This document shows positions 9,161-18,455 of a stretch of DNA of 64,000 nt, piece by piece. Source of the stretch: an uncultured virus (IMG/VR IMGVR_UViG_3300034082_004432) (taxonomy: Duplodnaviria; Heunggongvirae; Uroviricota; Caudoviricetes); IMG/VR virus record IMGVR_UViG_3300034082_004432, positions 1 to 64,000 of that record; one strand, written 5' to 3'. Made by a program: the position numbers and the translations under genes. Numbering within the stretch: the stretch's first letter is position 1; the number at the start of each line of letters is the position of its first letter. The notes under the pieces are model-generated. The model was not told where the DNA came from and did no database searches. It worked only from the letters and a program-made list of their open reading frames with translations.

Positions 9161-10101
9161 AATTTATACCACTCAATAGTTTTTAAAATTCCAGCATCTA
9201 AAGTAAATTTGGGTGACCAACCAAGAATGTTTTTCGCCTTTGTGCAATCCAAACATATAGATGTTGAAATAGATTGTTTGGATAAGTCATTCCTTGCTTT
9301 CAAGGGAATTATACCTTGCTTGATAATTTTGTCAACTAAGTCTTTTATACTTATGAATTGACCCAAGCCCACATTAAAAATATCAAAAAAACTTTTTTGA
9401 TTACATATTGCGCAATCTATGAAACTTAAAAAATCTTCAACATAAAGTAAATCTCTCTTTTCTTCACCTGCGCCCCAAACATTAACATATCCATCTGTAG
9501 AATTGAAAACTTTAGCAACTGTCGCTCCGAAAACGTGAGACTTTTCTAAATCAAATTTATCGTAAGGACCATAGATGTTTGAATGTCTAATTACTGTATG
9601 TTTTGTTTTGCCAAACCTTGAATAAAATTCACACATATTCTCTAAATAAACTTTAGTATGACCAGCTCCAAAATAGGTAGATTTTATTTCGTCAGCAGGA
9701 TTAAAATCAGTTTCTTTAATAAGATTTTCTGAGCTTTGATACATAATTGTACAGCTAGGAAAAATAAAATGCTTAACTTCTTGCTCAAATGATTCTCTCA
9801 ATAGTAAAGAATTCATAATAGCATTGTCAGTAACGTGAATATATGGTTTTGATAGAATATCCTTTGCTCCTGATGTTGTTGCAGCAAATTGTAAGACTAT
9901 ATCCACTCCTTCAATAGCTTTTTTTACGTCATCAGAATTTCTTAAATCACAATGTATCCACTCAACATTTTGGTATTCTATGATTGCTGGTCTTCTAAAG
10001 TGCACTGCCTTGATATCATACTGATTTTTTTTGGAATAATATTCAAGAATATTTCTACCTAAAAAACCTGTTGCTCCGCAAATTAACATTTTTTGTTTCA
10101 T
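9136..10101 (-). CDS. NAD(P)-dependent epimerase, GDP-fucose synthase-like (extended SDR)
   Basis: GATGFLG, RHSNIYGPYDKFDLEKSHV, VWGAGEEKRDLLYVED. The catalytic Tyr position reads AGHTK. Confidence 0.82.
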   Translation of the reverse strand: MKQKMLICGATGFLGRNILEYYSKKNQYDIKAVHFRRPAIIEYQNVEWIHCDLRNSDDVKKAIEGVDIVLQFAATTSGAKDILSKPYIHVTDNAIMNSLLLRESFEQEVKHFIFPSCTIMYQSSENLIKETDFNPADEIKSTYFGAGHTKVYLENMCEFYSRFGKTKHTVIRHSNIYGPYDKFDLEKSHVFGATVAKVFNSTDGYVNVWGAGEEKRDLLYVEDFLSFIDCAICNQKSFFDIFNVGLGQFISIKDLVDKIIKQGIIPLKARNDLSKQSISTSICLDCTKAKNILGWSPKFTLDAGILKTIEWYKLWNKMDTL

Positions 10102-10682
10102 TAAATTCTTCCATCCAAAATTAATTCAGTTTGATCAGAAAGATAAGCATCGTAAATTGAATTTACTACAAAGTCTATATCAAGCGCATTTGTTCTTTCT
10201 GGAGATGTTTGTATATTCGATGGATACACATCTAGCACTTTAGCTTTGCTGTTTATTTTGAAACTATTATAAAATCCTCTTAGTCCCCATTTCGTAGCTG
10301 AATACATAGTCCTATTTTTCTTAATTTCTAAACCAACAATTGAATTAATATTAATAATATTTTTCAATACTGGTAATAAATCTAAAGTTAAGATTATTGG
10401 AGCTTTCAAATTAACGTCTATCATTTCATTAATCTGATTTAAAGAATAATCATCAAATTTTAAATCGGGACAAACAACTGCGGCATTGTTTATCAATATA
10501 GTGACACCGAAGTTTTTAGCTTCTTTCGATAAAGACAAAACTTCATTTTGTTCACTTAAATCAAAATGAAGTTTTCCATTGTGTCGTAAAACTTGATGAC
10601 CTTCTTTTTCAAACTTTTTAGCTAAATAATTTCCTAGACCAGATGAGCATCCAGTAATTAAGACTTTGGGTTTTGACTCCAT
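10101..10682 (-). CDS. Short-chain dehydrogenase/reductase
   Basis: TGCSSGLG, LINNAA, YSATK. Confidence 0.85.
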   Translation of the reverse strand: MESKPKVLITGCSSGLGNYLAKKFEKEGHQVLRHNGKLHFDLSEQNEVLSLSKEAKNFGVTILINNAAVVCPDLKFDDYSLNQINEMIDVNLKAPIILTLDLLPVLKNIININSIVGLEIKKNRTMYSATKWGLRGFYNSFKINSKAKVLDVYPSNIQTSPERTNALDIDFVVNSIYDAYLSDQTELILDGRI

Positions 10683-11642
10683 TTATTTTAAGATTCCATA
10701 ATTTTTCTTGATGATATTTTTATTATTGACATACCAATCAATAGTGTTATTAATACCTTCAACTATGGATATTTCTGCTTTATATCCATAAGATTTTGCT
10801 CTTGACATGTCAAAAAGTCTTATAGGATCTCCAGACGGCTTATCTTTATCCCAAACTAATTCTTTTCCAAAATAGTTAGCTATAGTTTCGGCAATAATTT
10901 TGATTGTTACGCCTTCACCAGATCCTAAGTTGATAGGTTCAGTTAATTTATTTTCTGCTGCAAAAATCATTCCTCTAGCAACATCATGAGAATAAATAAA
11001 GTCTCTTATCTGTGAACCATCTCCCCATACTTCTAACTTTTCATTTTCGTCAGCTTTTCTAATTAATGAGGGTACTACCATAGCTGAATTTAAGTCAAAA
11101 TTATCATAGGGACCATAAACATTTGCTGGCCTTACAATTGAACATTTGCTGAAACCATTTTGAACTTCATATGCCTTGATTTGCATTTCACCCATTCTTT
11201 TGGCCCAACCACCAAACCAGTCATTTTTAGAAGGCATAGTATTCAACACATCATCTTCTTGAAGAATAGGTGCGGGTTGGTAAACTCCAATAGAGCTAGT
11301 ATATAAATACCAGTCTACATTTGCTTTCATTGCTGCTTCTAACATATTGGTGTTAAATTGCATCATTGGGCCCATAATATTAGCAGGCTGTTCCATGCAA
11401 GCTTTTGGCGAAGCTTTAATACCAACTAAATTGAATATAAAATTCATACCTTGACAAATTCTTCTACAATCTGAAAATTCTTTTAAATCAACTTTTAAAA
11501 ATGTTATTTCATTTGGCATATTCACAGGTTCATTCAAGTCAGCAACAAATACATTTGCACCTTTTTCTAATAAAATGAGTACAAGTTGCCGACCAATCAT
11601 GCCAGAACCTCCTGTAATTAAAACATTCTTTCCTTTGAACAT
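10683..11642 (-). CDS. NAD(P)-dependent epimerase, GDP-fucose synthase/GME-like (extended SDR)
   Basis: Start moved to ATG 11642 (MFKGKNVLITGGSGMIG). RPANVYGPYDNF, VWGDGSQIRDFIY, WDKDKPSG. The catalytic Tyr position reads GGWAK. Confidence 0.83.
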   Translation of the reverse strand: MFKGKNVLITGGSGMIGRQLVLILLEKGANVFVADLNEPVNMPNEITFLKVDLKEFSDCRRICQGMNFIFNLVGIKASPKACMEQPANIMGPMMQFNTNMLEAAMKANVDWYLYTSSIGVYQPAPILQEDDVLNTMPSKNDWFGGWAKRMGEMQIKAYEVQNGFSKCSIVRPANVYGPYDNFDLNSAMVVPSLIRKADENEKLEVWGDGSQIRDFIYSHDVARGMIFAAENKLTEPINLGSGEGVTIKIIAETIANYFGKELVWDKDKPSGDPIRLFDMSRAKSYGYKAEISIVEGINNTIDWYVNNKNIIKKNYGILK

Positions 11643-11643
11643 G

Positions 11644-12663
11644 TTACGACTCAGCCCATTTGAAGATATTTTGCCACCAGTGCATAGGAGTGTAATTGTC
11701 ATGAAAATGTTGATTCATAGCTTTTGCCATTTCAATTCTTTTCTCAGGATTTGAAAGATAATATCTAACTTTATCTACGCAGTTCGATTCATTCATTGAA
11801 TCATAATGAACACCTTCTTCAAACCAATATCTGTTTCTAAATTTATAAGCTTCAGGATGAGTAGACAACATAAAACTACCACAAATTGCACAATCAAATG
11901 GTCTACCTTTTCTTGTTTTATTGTTTGGACCAAATACTGATTGAGTGTAAGCTAAAGATATTTTTGTCCTTTTAAACATGTGAGTGTAATCTTCAAGAGT
12001 CAAAACTTGGGCTGGATAAATATTTTTATTAATACTTCCAGAATAAGTTACTGGAATGTTTGCTTTTTGAAATATTTCAAAAAATCTAGCTCTTTCTGGT
12101 ATATAAAACATTCCGTTAAATCCAACATCTAAATCTCTTTCAATCTCGAAGATATTTTCAAGATCTAATTTTCGAGTGTCCATTGCACCATAGACACCAT
12201 AAATATTGGGCATAATTTCATCTTTGCCAAAATCTCCAACTAGGACATTACAATATTGCGCAGCTTCTGCAATCGGAATTGGCCAACAATGTTCGCCCCA
12301 AATTCTTGGCTTTTTAATCATTGTCCTGAAGTTTATATACATATCTGTACTTGTTGCAATAAAATTATCCCAAGAACAAATAAATAGTTTTTTTCCTAAT
12401 TTTTTGATTGTATCCATTTCAACAGCAAAATCAAGCTCTTCACTTACTATACATATATCAAAATCTTTTTTGAAAATTTCTTGATTCATTTCTTTAGAAG
12501 TGCGAATTAACCCAGGAGCATGCCCAAAGTGAATTACATCAATTGTGTAATCAGGATTGTCTTCCCCAAATGCAGAGTAAAAAGAACCTCTTATTTTTTC
12601 TTGCTGGCTTTCGGATTTTAAATCATGCTCGTAGTATGGTTTGTAAACATATAAAACTTTCAT
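11644..12663 (-). CDS. Putative glycosyltransferase (CgeB/Glyco_trans_1_2-like C-terminus)
   Basis: DVGFNG...ER, RTKISL, KGRPFDCAICGSFML, WFEEGVHY, YYLSNPEKRIEMA. SD AGGAG. Confidence 0.7.
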   Translation of the reverse strand: MKVLYVYKPYYEHDLKSESQQEKIRGSFYSAFGEDNPDYTIDVIHFGHAPGLIRTSKEMNQEIFKKDFDICIVSEELDFAVEMDTIKKLGKKLFICSWDNFIATSTDMYINFRTMIKKPRIWGEHCWPIPIAEAAQYCNVLVGDFGKDEIMPNIYGVYGAMDTRKLDLENIFEIERDLDVGFNGMFYIPERARFFEIFQKANIPVTYSGSINKNIYPAQVLTLEDYTHMFKRTKISLAYTQSVFGPNNKTRKGRPFDCAICGSFMLSTHPEAYKFRNRYWFEEGVHYDSMNESNCVDKVRYYLSNPEKRIEMAKAMNQHFHDNYTPMHWWQNIFKWAES

Positions 12664-12671
12664 AGTTGCTC

Positions 12672-13610
12672 CTAAAGATTGGTAAAATCTTTATTTTTAA
12701 AATTATAAATCATTGCATAAGCTTTGAGAAGTTCTTCAATTCCAGTGTCTAAAGAATAATCACAAAACCATCCTGTTTTTTCAAGCTTTTCATTAGAAAC
12801 AACATAGTTTCTTTTGTCAAAATCTTGCTTAAATTGTTCCTCAATAATTACTAAATTTGGAACATACTCCTTGATCTTTTGAGCAAGCTGAAGTTTGGAC
12901 ATATTGGCAGACGTAAGCCCAACATTGTATGCATTATTGTTACATCGATTATAATTTTCAATCAGATGAACAAAAGCTTTAGCAACATCTCTTACGTGCA
13001 CATAGTTTCGCAAGAAATGAGATTCAAATAAAACTAGAAACTCATCAGTGAATGCTCGGTAAACAAAATCATTTACAAGCAAATCCATTCTTTGTCTATA
13101 TGAGACTCCAAATACTGTTGCTAATCTTAAAGAAATACCATTACCCCATTCTAAAACACGATTTTCTGCATCACATTTTGTTTTTGCGTAAAGAGAAAGA
13201 GGATTGAATGGACTTTCTTCTGTGATGATTGTTTCAGAACTTCCATATTGAGAGTTTGTATTAGGGACTAACAATTTTTGACTTGGTTGAATTATTTCAA
13301 CAATGTCTTTAATTTGTTGATAATTTACAGCTACTGTCAAATCTGGATCTTTTTTGCAAGCTGGCATACCTACAATTGCAGCTAATGGGATGATAATGTC
13401 ATGAGTTTCTACCAGGCTTATAAGAAGTTTGGTGTCACGTACATCACCAACAACAAGCTTGAAGTTCTTTTTATGACAGAATTGTGTCAAAGAAAGTTGT
13501 TTGTAAACAAGACTATCTAAAACAGTTACTGCATAGCCTTTTGAGAGCAAAACTTCAGTCAAAACTGAACCTAAATATCCAGCTCCACCAGTAATTAAGA
13601 CTTTTTCCAT
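12672..13610 (-). CDS. NAD-dependent sugar epimerase/dehydratase
   Basis: Start moved to ATG 13610 (MEKVLITGGAGYLGS). LAAIVGMPAC, YAKTK, LRLATVFG, RMDLLVNDF. Confidence 0.88.
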   Translation of the reverse strand: MEKVLITGGAGYLGSVLTEVLLSKGYAVTVLDSLVYKQLSLTQFCHKKNFKLVVGDVRDTKLLISLVETHDIIIPLAAIVGMPACKKDPDLTVAVNYQQIKDIVEIIQPSQKLLVPNTNSQYGSSETIITEESPFNPLSLYAKTKCDAENRVLEWGNGISLRLATVFGVSYRQRMDLLVNDFVYRAFTDEFLVLFESHFLRNYVHVRDVAKAFVHLIENYNRCNNNAYNVGLTSANMSKLQLAQKIKEYVPNLVIIEEQFKQDFDKRNYVVSNEKLEKTGWFCDYSLDTGIEELLKAYAMIYNFKNKDFTNL

Positions 13611-14011
13611 TACCAGCTGATCTCCCAATCCTTAAAATCAGCGGCAAGACAGTCAATTTTATAATCTTTTCTACCACCACAAGCTTCTTGAATTTTGTTT
13701 TTTGCAGTATTTCTAATGCCATTTAATCCGTGTGTTAATTCAAGATTGTTGCCGTCTTTGACACCTTTACGATAATTTGTTTCATTGTGCCAGATATGTA
13801 AATTCATTTGAGACAAAACAACAATTGCTCGAATTACTTCTGCATCTAAGACAACATTATTTTCGTCTATATGTGCTTGAATGTCGTGAATAATTGCACT
13901 TATTTCTTCTGAATATTCTGATTTATGATCAACAATAAAAACTTCTTTAAGTTGGACAATAGACAATCTATCAATAAGTTCAGATAAAGTTGGTAAATAC
14001 TTTCTATTCAT
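13610..14011 (-). CDS. Hypothetical helical protein (first gene of the minus-strand sugar operon)
   Basis: Clean ORF directly downstream of a leaderless promoter. Motifs LSELIDRLSIVQLK, NLHIWHNE and NGIRN. Confidence 0.7.
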   Translation of the reverse strand: MNRKYLPTLSELIDRLSIVQLKEVFIVDHKSEYSEEISAIIHDIQAHIDENNVVLDAEVIRAIVVLSQMNLHIWHNETNYRKGVKDGNNLELTHGLNGIRNTAKNKIQEACGGRKDYKIDCLAADFKDWEISW

Positions 14012-14048
14012 GAGAACATTATACCAACAATAAATGTATAATTTTTTT
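14012..14048. promoter_or_regulatory. Back-to-back divergent -10 promoters (both leaderless)
   Basis: Minus strand: TGgTATAAT (14026-14018), 6 nt, ATG 14011. Plus strand: TATAAT (14037-14042), 6 nt, ATG 14049. Confidence 0.75.
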
Positions 14049-15029
14049 ATGAAAAAAACTATTATTTTTTGTAATTCTCATGGGTATGGTGACATTTTAC
14101 ACTCAAGACAAGGTGTTAGATGGGTAGTTAATAAACTAGGTGATAATTTTAATTATTTTTATTTACATACTAAGGACAAAGATACTTGTTTTATTCATGA
14201 AAAAGTTACTGTAATTGCATTACCTCATTTTATGTATGGTTGTACTGCATTGAAATTAAAAAATAATCTTAAGTCTGAATTCTTTGATGATGCTCTTTGG
14301 ATAGATGTTTGGGCAGCAAGTTATGAAAAGATGAGAGAGATTGAAACTGGTGGGTACAAGCTTCCTGACGAAAATGGAAATTATCATTCTGGGTGTAAAG
14401 AAATTCAAGATTCAACTATTTGGCAATCAAAACTTTATCAAGAAAAAATCAACAATATAAATAGTTTTTTGATTGAGAATTTCTCTACAAAGCAGTTAGA
14501 GGTTCCAGATCATAAAGAATTTGTATGTAAATGGAATTCCAATCCAAGATACAAATTTTTTGCAGATAAATTAATAAATGATACAAGTCATTACGATATG
14601 AGAGTCATGATCTGCAATGGTAATACAACCTCTGGACAAAGAAGAAATTATATTTACGAAGATATTTTGTCTGACTACATAAAAGATAATCCAAATATTT
14701 GCTTCCTCTTAACTTCAAAAATTAATGAAATAAAAACAAACAATGTCTATTATATTGATGATTATTTTCCAATTCCAAACTTGGATGAAATTGAATATTT
14801 ACATAAATTCTGCGATGTTATAGTTACTAGTCAGTCTGGTCCTGGGTGCTTATCTTTTACAGATGCTGTTGTTTATGATGAAAACAAAACTTTAATTTTA
14901 TTTTGCGTTGATACAATTGATTGGTACTTTGCAGACGGAACTTGTGAATATATTCGCACACAAAATTTTGAAGACTGGAATGTACTAAATCTTATCAAAA
15001 ACACCATAGAGCGTAAATTGAATAAATGA
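14049..15029 (+). CDS. Putative GT-B glycosyltransferase (GT9-like)
   Basis: Start moved to ATG 14049 (MKKTIIFCNSHGYGDIL). NGNTTSGQ and NLDEIEYLHKFCDVIVTSQSGP. Paralog of 1567-2370. Confidence 0.5.
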   Translation: MKKTIIFCNSHGYGDILHSRQGVRWVVNKLGDNFNYFYLHTKDKDTCFIHEKVTVIALPHFMYGCTALKLKNNLKSEFFDDALWIDVWAASYEKMREIETGGYKLPDENGNYHSGCKEIQDSTIWQSKLYQEKINNINSFLIENFSTKQLEVPDHKEFVCKWNSNPRYKFFADKLINDTSHYDMRVMICNGNTTSGQRRNYIYEDILSDYIKDNPNICFLLTSKINEIKTNNVYYIDDYFPIPNLDEIEYLHKFCDVIVTSQSGPGCLSFTDAVVYDENKTLILFCVDTIDWYFADGTCEYIRTQNFEDWNVLNLIKNTIERKLNK

Positions 15030-15979
15030 AATTAGCTTATATTACAGGTTGTTTAGGTTTTATTGGCAGACAAGTAACTCAACTTTTGCTTGATAAGGGA
15101 TACTATGTTTATGGCATAGACAATTGTACTTATGCCTCTGACGTTAGTGTTTTAGAAAAATGGATGCTTAATCCAAAATTCAAATTTGAAAATAAAAATA
15201 TTTGCAACATTGATAGATTGGTGGATTGTGACTATTTTATCAATATAGCTGCAGAAACTCATGTAGATAATTCTATAAGAGACAGTAAAGTTTTTGTTGA
15301 TTCAAATATTTATGGTGTTCACAACATTCTTGAATTACTTAAGACATACAAAAAAGAAGGATATGTAGTACCAACCCTAATTCACTTCAGCACAGATGAA
15401 GTTTATGGTGATATTGCAGATGGTGAGCATTTTGAAACAGACATCTTGAAGCCTAGTAATCCTTACTCTGCCACAAAAGCTGCTGCAGATCAACTTATTA
15501 TTGCTTGGTCTAGAACATACGACATACCTTTCAATATCATAAGACCTACAAATAATTATGGCGAAGGACAATATGTTGAAAAGTTGATTCCAAAATCTTG
15601 CAAATTTATAGGACTTGAAAGAAAGATACCATTACATAACCAAGGTACTCCAGTAAGAAATTGGCTTCATGCAAAAGACACTGCTCTGGCTGTGTTGAAG
15701 ATTATTGAGGCTGGTAAGCAGAACGAAATTTACAATGTCGCTGGTGGGTTTGAGCAATCAAATGTAGACACAGTAAGAAAAGTTTTGAACGCATACTTTG
15801 GAAAAGAAGTGGATAATTACCAAGACTTTATTAATTTTGGAATTGAAAGACCTGGACAAGATGTCAGATATGCTTTAAATGACGACAAGATTAGAGGTTT
15901 AGGCTGGACTCCTCAGTGTGTTTTTGACGATGAAATCAAAAAGATAGTCGAATATTATAAAACACATTTCATTTGGTAA
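15026..15979 (+). CDS. rfbB: dTDP-glucose 4,6-dehydratase (RmlB/RfbB)
   Basis: TGCLGFIG, AAETHVDNSI, STDEVYG, NPYSATKA, NNYG..QYVEKLIP, RPGQDVRY. Confidence 0.9.
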   Translation: MKLAYITGCLGFIGRQVTQLLLDKGYYVYGIDNCTYASDVSVLEKWMLNPKFKFENKNICNIDRLVDCDYFINIAAETHVDNSIRDSKVFVDSNIYGVHNILELLKTYKKEGYVVPTLIHFSTDEVYGDIADGEHFETDILKPSNPYSATKAAADQLIIAWSRTYDIPFNIIRPTNNYGEGQYVEKLIPKSCKFIGLERKIPLHNQGTPVRNWLHAKDTALAVLKIIEAGKQNEIYNVAGGFEQSNVDTVRKVLNAYFGKEVDNYQDFINFGIERPGQDVRYALNDDKIRGLGWTPQCVFDDEIKKIVEYYKTHFIW

Positions 15980-15988
15980 AATATATTT
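15974..15988 (+). promoter_or_regulatory. Internal extended -10 leaderless promoter
   Basis: TGgTAAAAT (15974-15982), 6 nt, ATG 15989. Confidence 0.65.
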
Positions 15989-16789
15989 ATGAATAATAGA
16001 GAATTTGAGTGTGTTAGAATTCTGACAGATCTAGTAGAAAACTACGGATTGGTTGGCGTTAAGACAAGTTTTGAAGACGAAGGAGCTGCATTTAATGAAG
16101 TTCTTAGACTTAAAGAAATTTGTAATCAAGCAAAAACAAAAGTAACCTTAAAGATAGGTGGACCAGAAGCTATAAGAGATATCAAAGACTCTATGATCAT
16201 TGGAGTAAAGGGTTTGGTAGCCCCGATGGTTGAGTCTGAATTTGGTTTAACTAAATTTGTTCAAGCTGTTAATAATAATTTACCTTCCGAAGTTGTAAGT
16301 TCGTTGCAGCTTAATGTGAATATTGAGACTATTTCTGCAGTTTTAGCTATTGACAAAATTCTTTCAAACCAAAACGCATCTGCTTTGTATGGAGTTACTG
16401 TCGGAAGAGTAGATTTAGTTTCTTCAATGGGAGCAGATAGAAGTCACGTAAATTCTGAAGAAGTTTACAATATGGCTCATGATGTTTTTGAAAGAACTAA
16501 AAAGCTTGGTGCTAAAGCTTGTATTGGTGGTGCTGTTTCAATTGATTCATTAGACTTTTTAAAGAAATTACACTCTGAAAAACTTCTTGATAAGTTTGAA
16601 ACAAGATATGCAATATTTGATCCTTCAATTACACTAAAGAATTTATCCAGAGCACTATTCAAGGCTCAAATGTTTGAATACGAATGGCTTACAAACAAGA
16701 TGGAATATTATCAATCTCAAGCCAATCAAGATGAATCAAGAGTTAAAATGATTCAAGCTCGTATAAATAAATCAGCTTCTGAATTATGA
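15989..16789 (+). CDS. HpcH/HpaI aldolase / citrate lyase beta family protein
   Basis: KIGGPEAIRD, APMVES, VNIET, VGRVDL. Confidence 0.8.
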   Translation: MNNREFECVRILTDLVENYGLVGVKTSFEDEGAAFNEVLRLKEICNQAKTKVTLKIGGPEAIRDIKDSMIIGVKGLVAPMVESEFGLTKFVQAVNNNLPSEVVSSLQLNVNIETISAVLAIDKILSNQNASALYGVTVGRVDLVSSMGADRSHVNSEEVYNMAHDVFERTKKLGAKACIGGAVSIDSLDFLKKLHSEKLLDKFETRYAIFDPSITLKNLSRALFKAQMFEYEWLTNKMEYYQSQANQDESRVKMIQARINKSASEL

Positions 16790-17424
16790 GAATACTTATC
16801 ACTGGTGGGTCAAGAGGCATAGGCAGTGATATTTGTGAAATTTTCAAAAAATATGGTCATGAAGTTATTGCTCCAACTCGTGAAGAACTTGATTTATCTC
16901 AACCCTTTTCTTTTATTCCAGACAAAATTGATATTTTAATAAATAACGCTGGTATTAACATAATAGATTCTATATTTGAAGGTGAGAATTATGAAGAAAT
17001 GATGACAGTAAATTATTTCTCACCTTTAAGATTATTTAAACTTTGCTTACCTCATATGAAGAAACAAAATTATGGCAGGGTTGTAAATATTGGAAGTGTA
17101 TGGGTAGATTATGCAAAACCTGGAAGATCCTCATATAGTGCTAGCAAAAATGCCTTACACTCTCTTACAAAAGCTATAACTGCTGAATATGGCACTTATA
17201 ATATTTTGGCAAACACTGTGTCTCCTGGATTTTTTATCACGGATATGACTTTTCAAAATAACACAGAAGAAGATTTGAAAGATTTAAGAAGCAAAATTCC
17301 AGTTGGTAGATTGGGATATACAAATGAAGTTGCAGATTTAGTATATTACTTGAGTGTAAACAATTCATATATATCTGGTCAAAATATAGTTATAGATGGT
17401 GGTTATTCATGTACAGCCAAATAG
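16786..17424 (+). CDS. Classical SDR oxidoreductase (FabG-like)
   Basis: TGGSRGIG, LINNAG, YSASK, NTVSPG, SGQNIVIDGG. Confidence 0.9.
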   Translation: MRILITGGSRGIGSDICEIFKKYGHEVIAPTREELDLSQPFSFIPDKIDILINNAGINIIDSIFEGENYEEMMTVNYFSPLRLFKLCLPHMKKQNYGRVVNIGSVWVDYAKPGRSSYSASKNALHSLTKAITAEYGTYNILANTVSPGFFITDMTFQNNTEEDLKDLRSKIPVGRLGYTNEVADLVYYLSVNNSYISGQNIVIDGGYSCTAK

Positions 17425-18455
17425 ATGTCAAATCAAAAATCAAAGATTATTCTGTAAATTTTGTAAGCTTGAGCGAAATATATAAACTCATTGGTGAAGA
17501 TTATCATCTTGCAGTAGTTGACAAAAATGTTGCTCACTGTTTTCCTGAATTTGGATTAGGTGATCTCATAGTTATAGACACAAATGAAGACTTAAAATCA
17601 TGGCGTGGTTTAGAAAAAATATTTGATAAATTTGCTGCAAAAAAAGTCAATACGCAAACTAAACTTGTAGTTATTGGTGGTGGAGTTTTACAAGATGCAG
17701 TGGGTTTTTGTGCTTCTGTTTATTGTAGAGGTATTGAATATTATTTAGTTCCAACAACATTGCTTTCTCAAATCGATAGCTGTGTTGGCGGTAAAACTTC
17801 TATCAATTATGGGTCAAGAAAAAATATTCTTGGTACATTTTATCCTCCTTGTGAAATTCTTATTTGTGAAGAATGGCTTGATGGTTTAAGTAAAGAAAAC
17901 TTTTGTAGTGGTTTAGGCGAATTGTTGAAGTTTGATATCTTGAGAAATAAAATTCAAGAATCAAATGTCATTGATTTGATTACTGAAAATAAAAATGTTT
18001 TGTATCACATTCATAAAAGTCTTAATTATAAAATTTCAGTTTTAGAGATTGATGAATTTGATAAAAAAGAGCGTAAATTCCTGAACTTTGGTCATACATT
18101 TGGTCATGCTTTAGAAATTACCTCAAAGTACAAGTTATCGCATGGATATGCAGTGGCAATTGGATGTCTTGTAGCCTTGAGGTTAAGTGAACTATCTTAT
18201 AACTATAATTACAAAGATTATTCTGCAACATTAAATATTGTCAAAAAACTTCTAGAAAATACAGTATCTGTTAATCAAGAATGGTTTGATTATGAGAGCC
18301 TTATGGAATGTGTCAAGTCAGATAAGAAAAATACTGGCTGTGTTAACATGGTGCTAATCAAAGATAATCAACCAGTAATTCAAAAAATTGAAGATTATTC
18401 TATAATAAAAACAGCACTGGAAAATGTTTATGAAACTATCAGATTATGTAATTAA
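17409..18455 (+). CDS. 3-dehydroquinate synthase-like sugar-phosphate cyclase (AroB family)
   Basis: GGGVLQD, YCRGI, PTTLLSQIDSCVGGKT, KNILGTF, GELLK, RKFLNFGHTFGHALE, HGYAVA, DKKN. Confidence 0.85.
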   Translation: MYSQIDVKSKIKDYSVNFVSLSEIYKLIGEDYHLAVVDKNVAHCFPEFGLGDLIVIDTNEDLKSWRGLEKIFDKFAAKKVNTQTKLVVIGGGVLQDAVGFCASVYCRGIEYYLVPTTLLSQIDSCVGGKTSINYGSRKNILGTFYPPCEILICEEWLDGLSKENFCSGLGELLKFDILRNKIQESNVIDLITENKNVLYHIHKSLNYKISVLEIDEFDKKERKFLNFGHTFGHALEITSKYKLSHGYAVAIGCLVALRLSELSYNYNYKDYSATLNIVKKLLENTVSVNQEWFDYESLMECVKSDKKNTGCVNMVLIKDNQPVIQKIEDYSIIKTALENVYETIRLCN

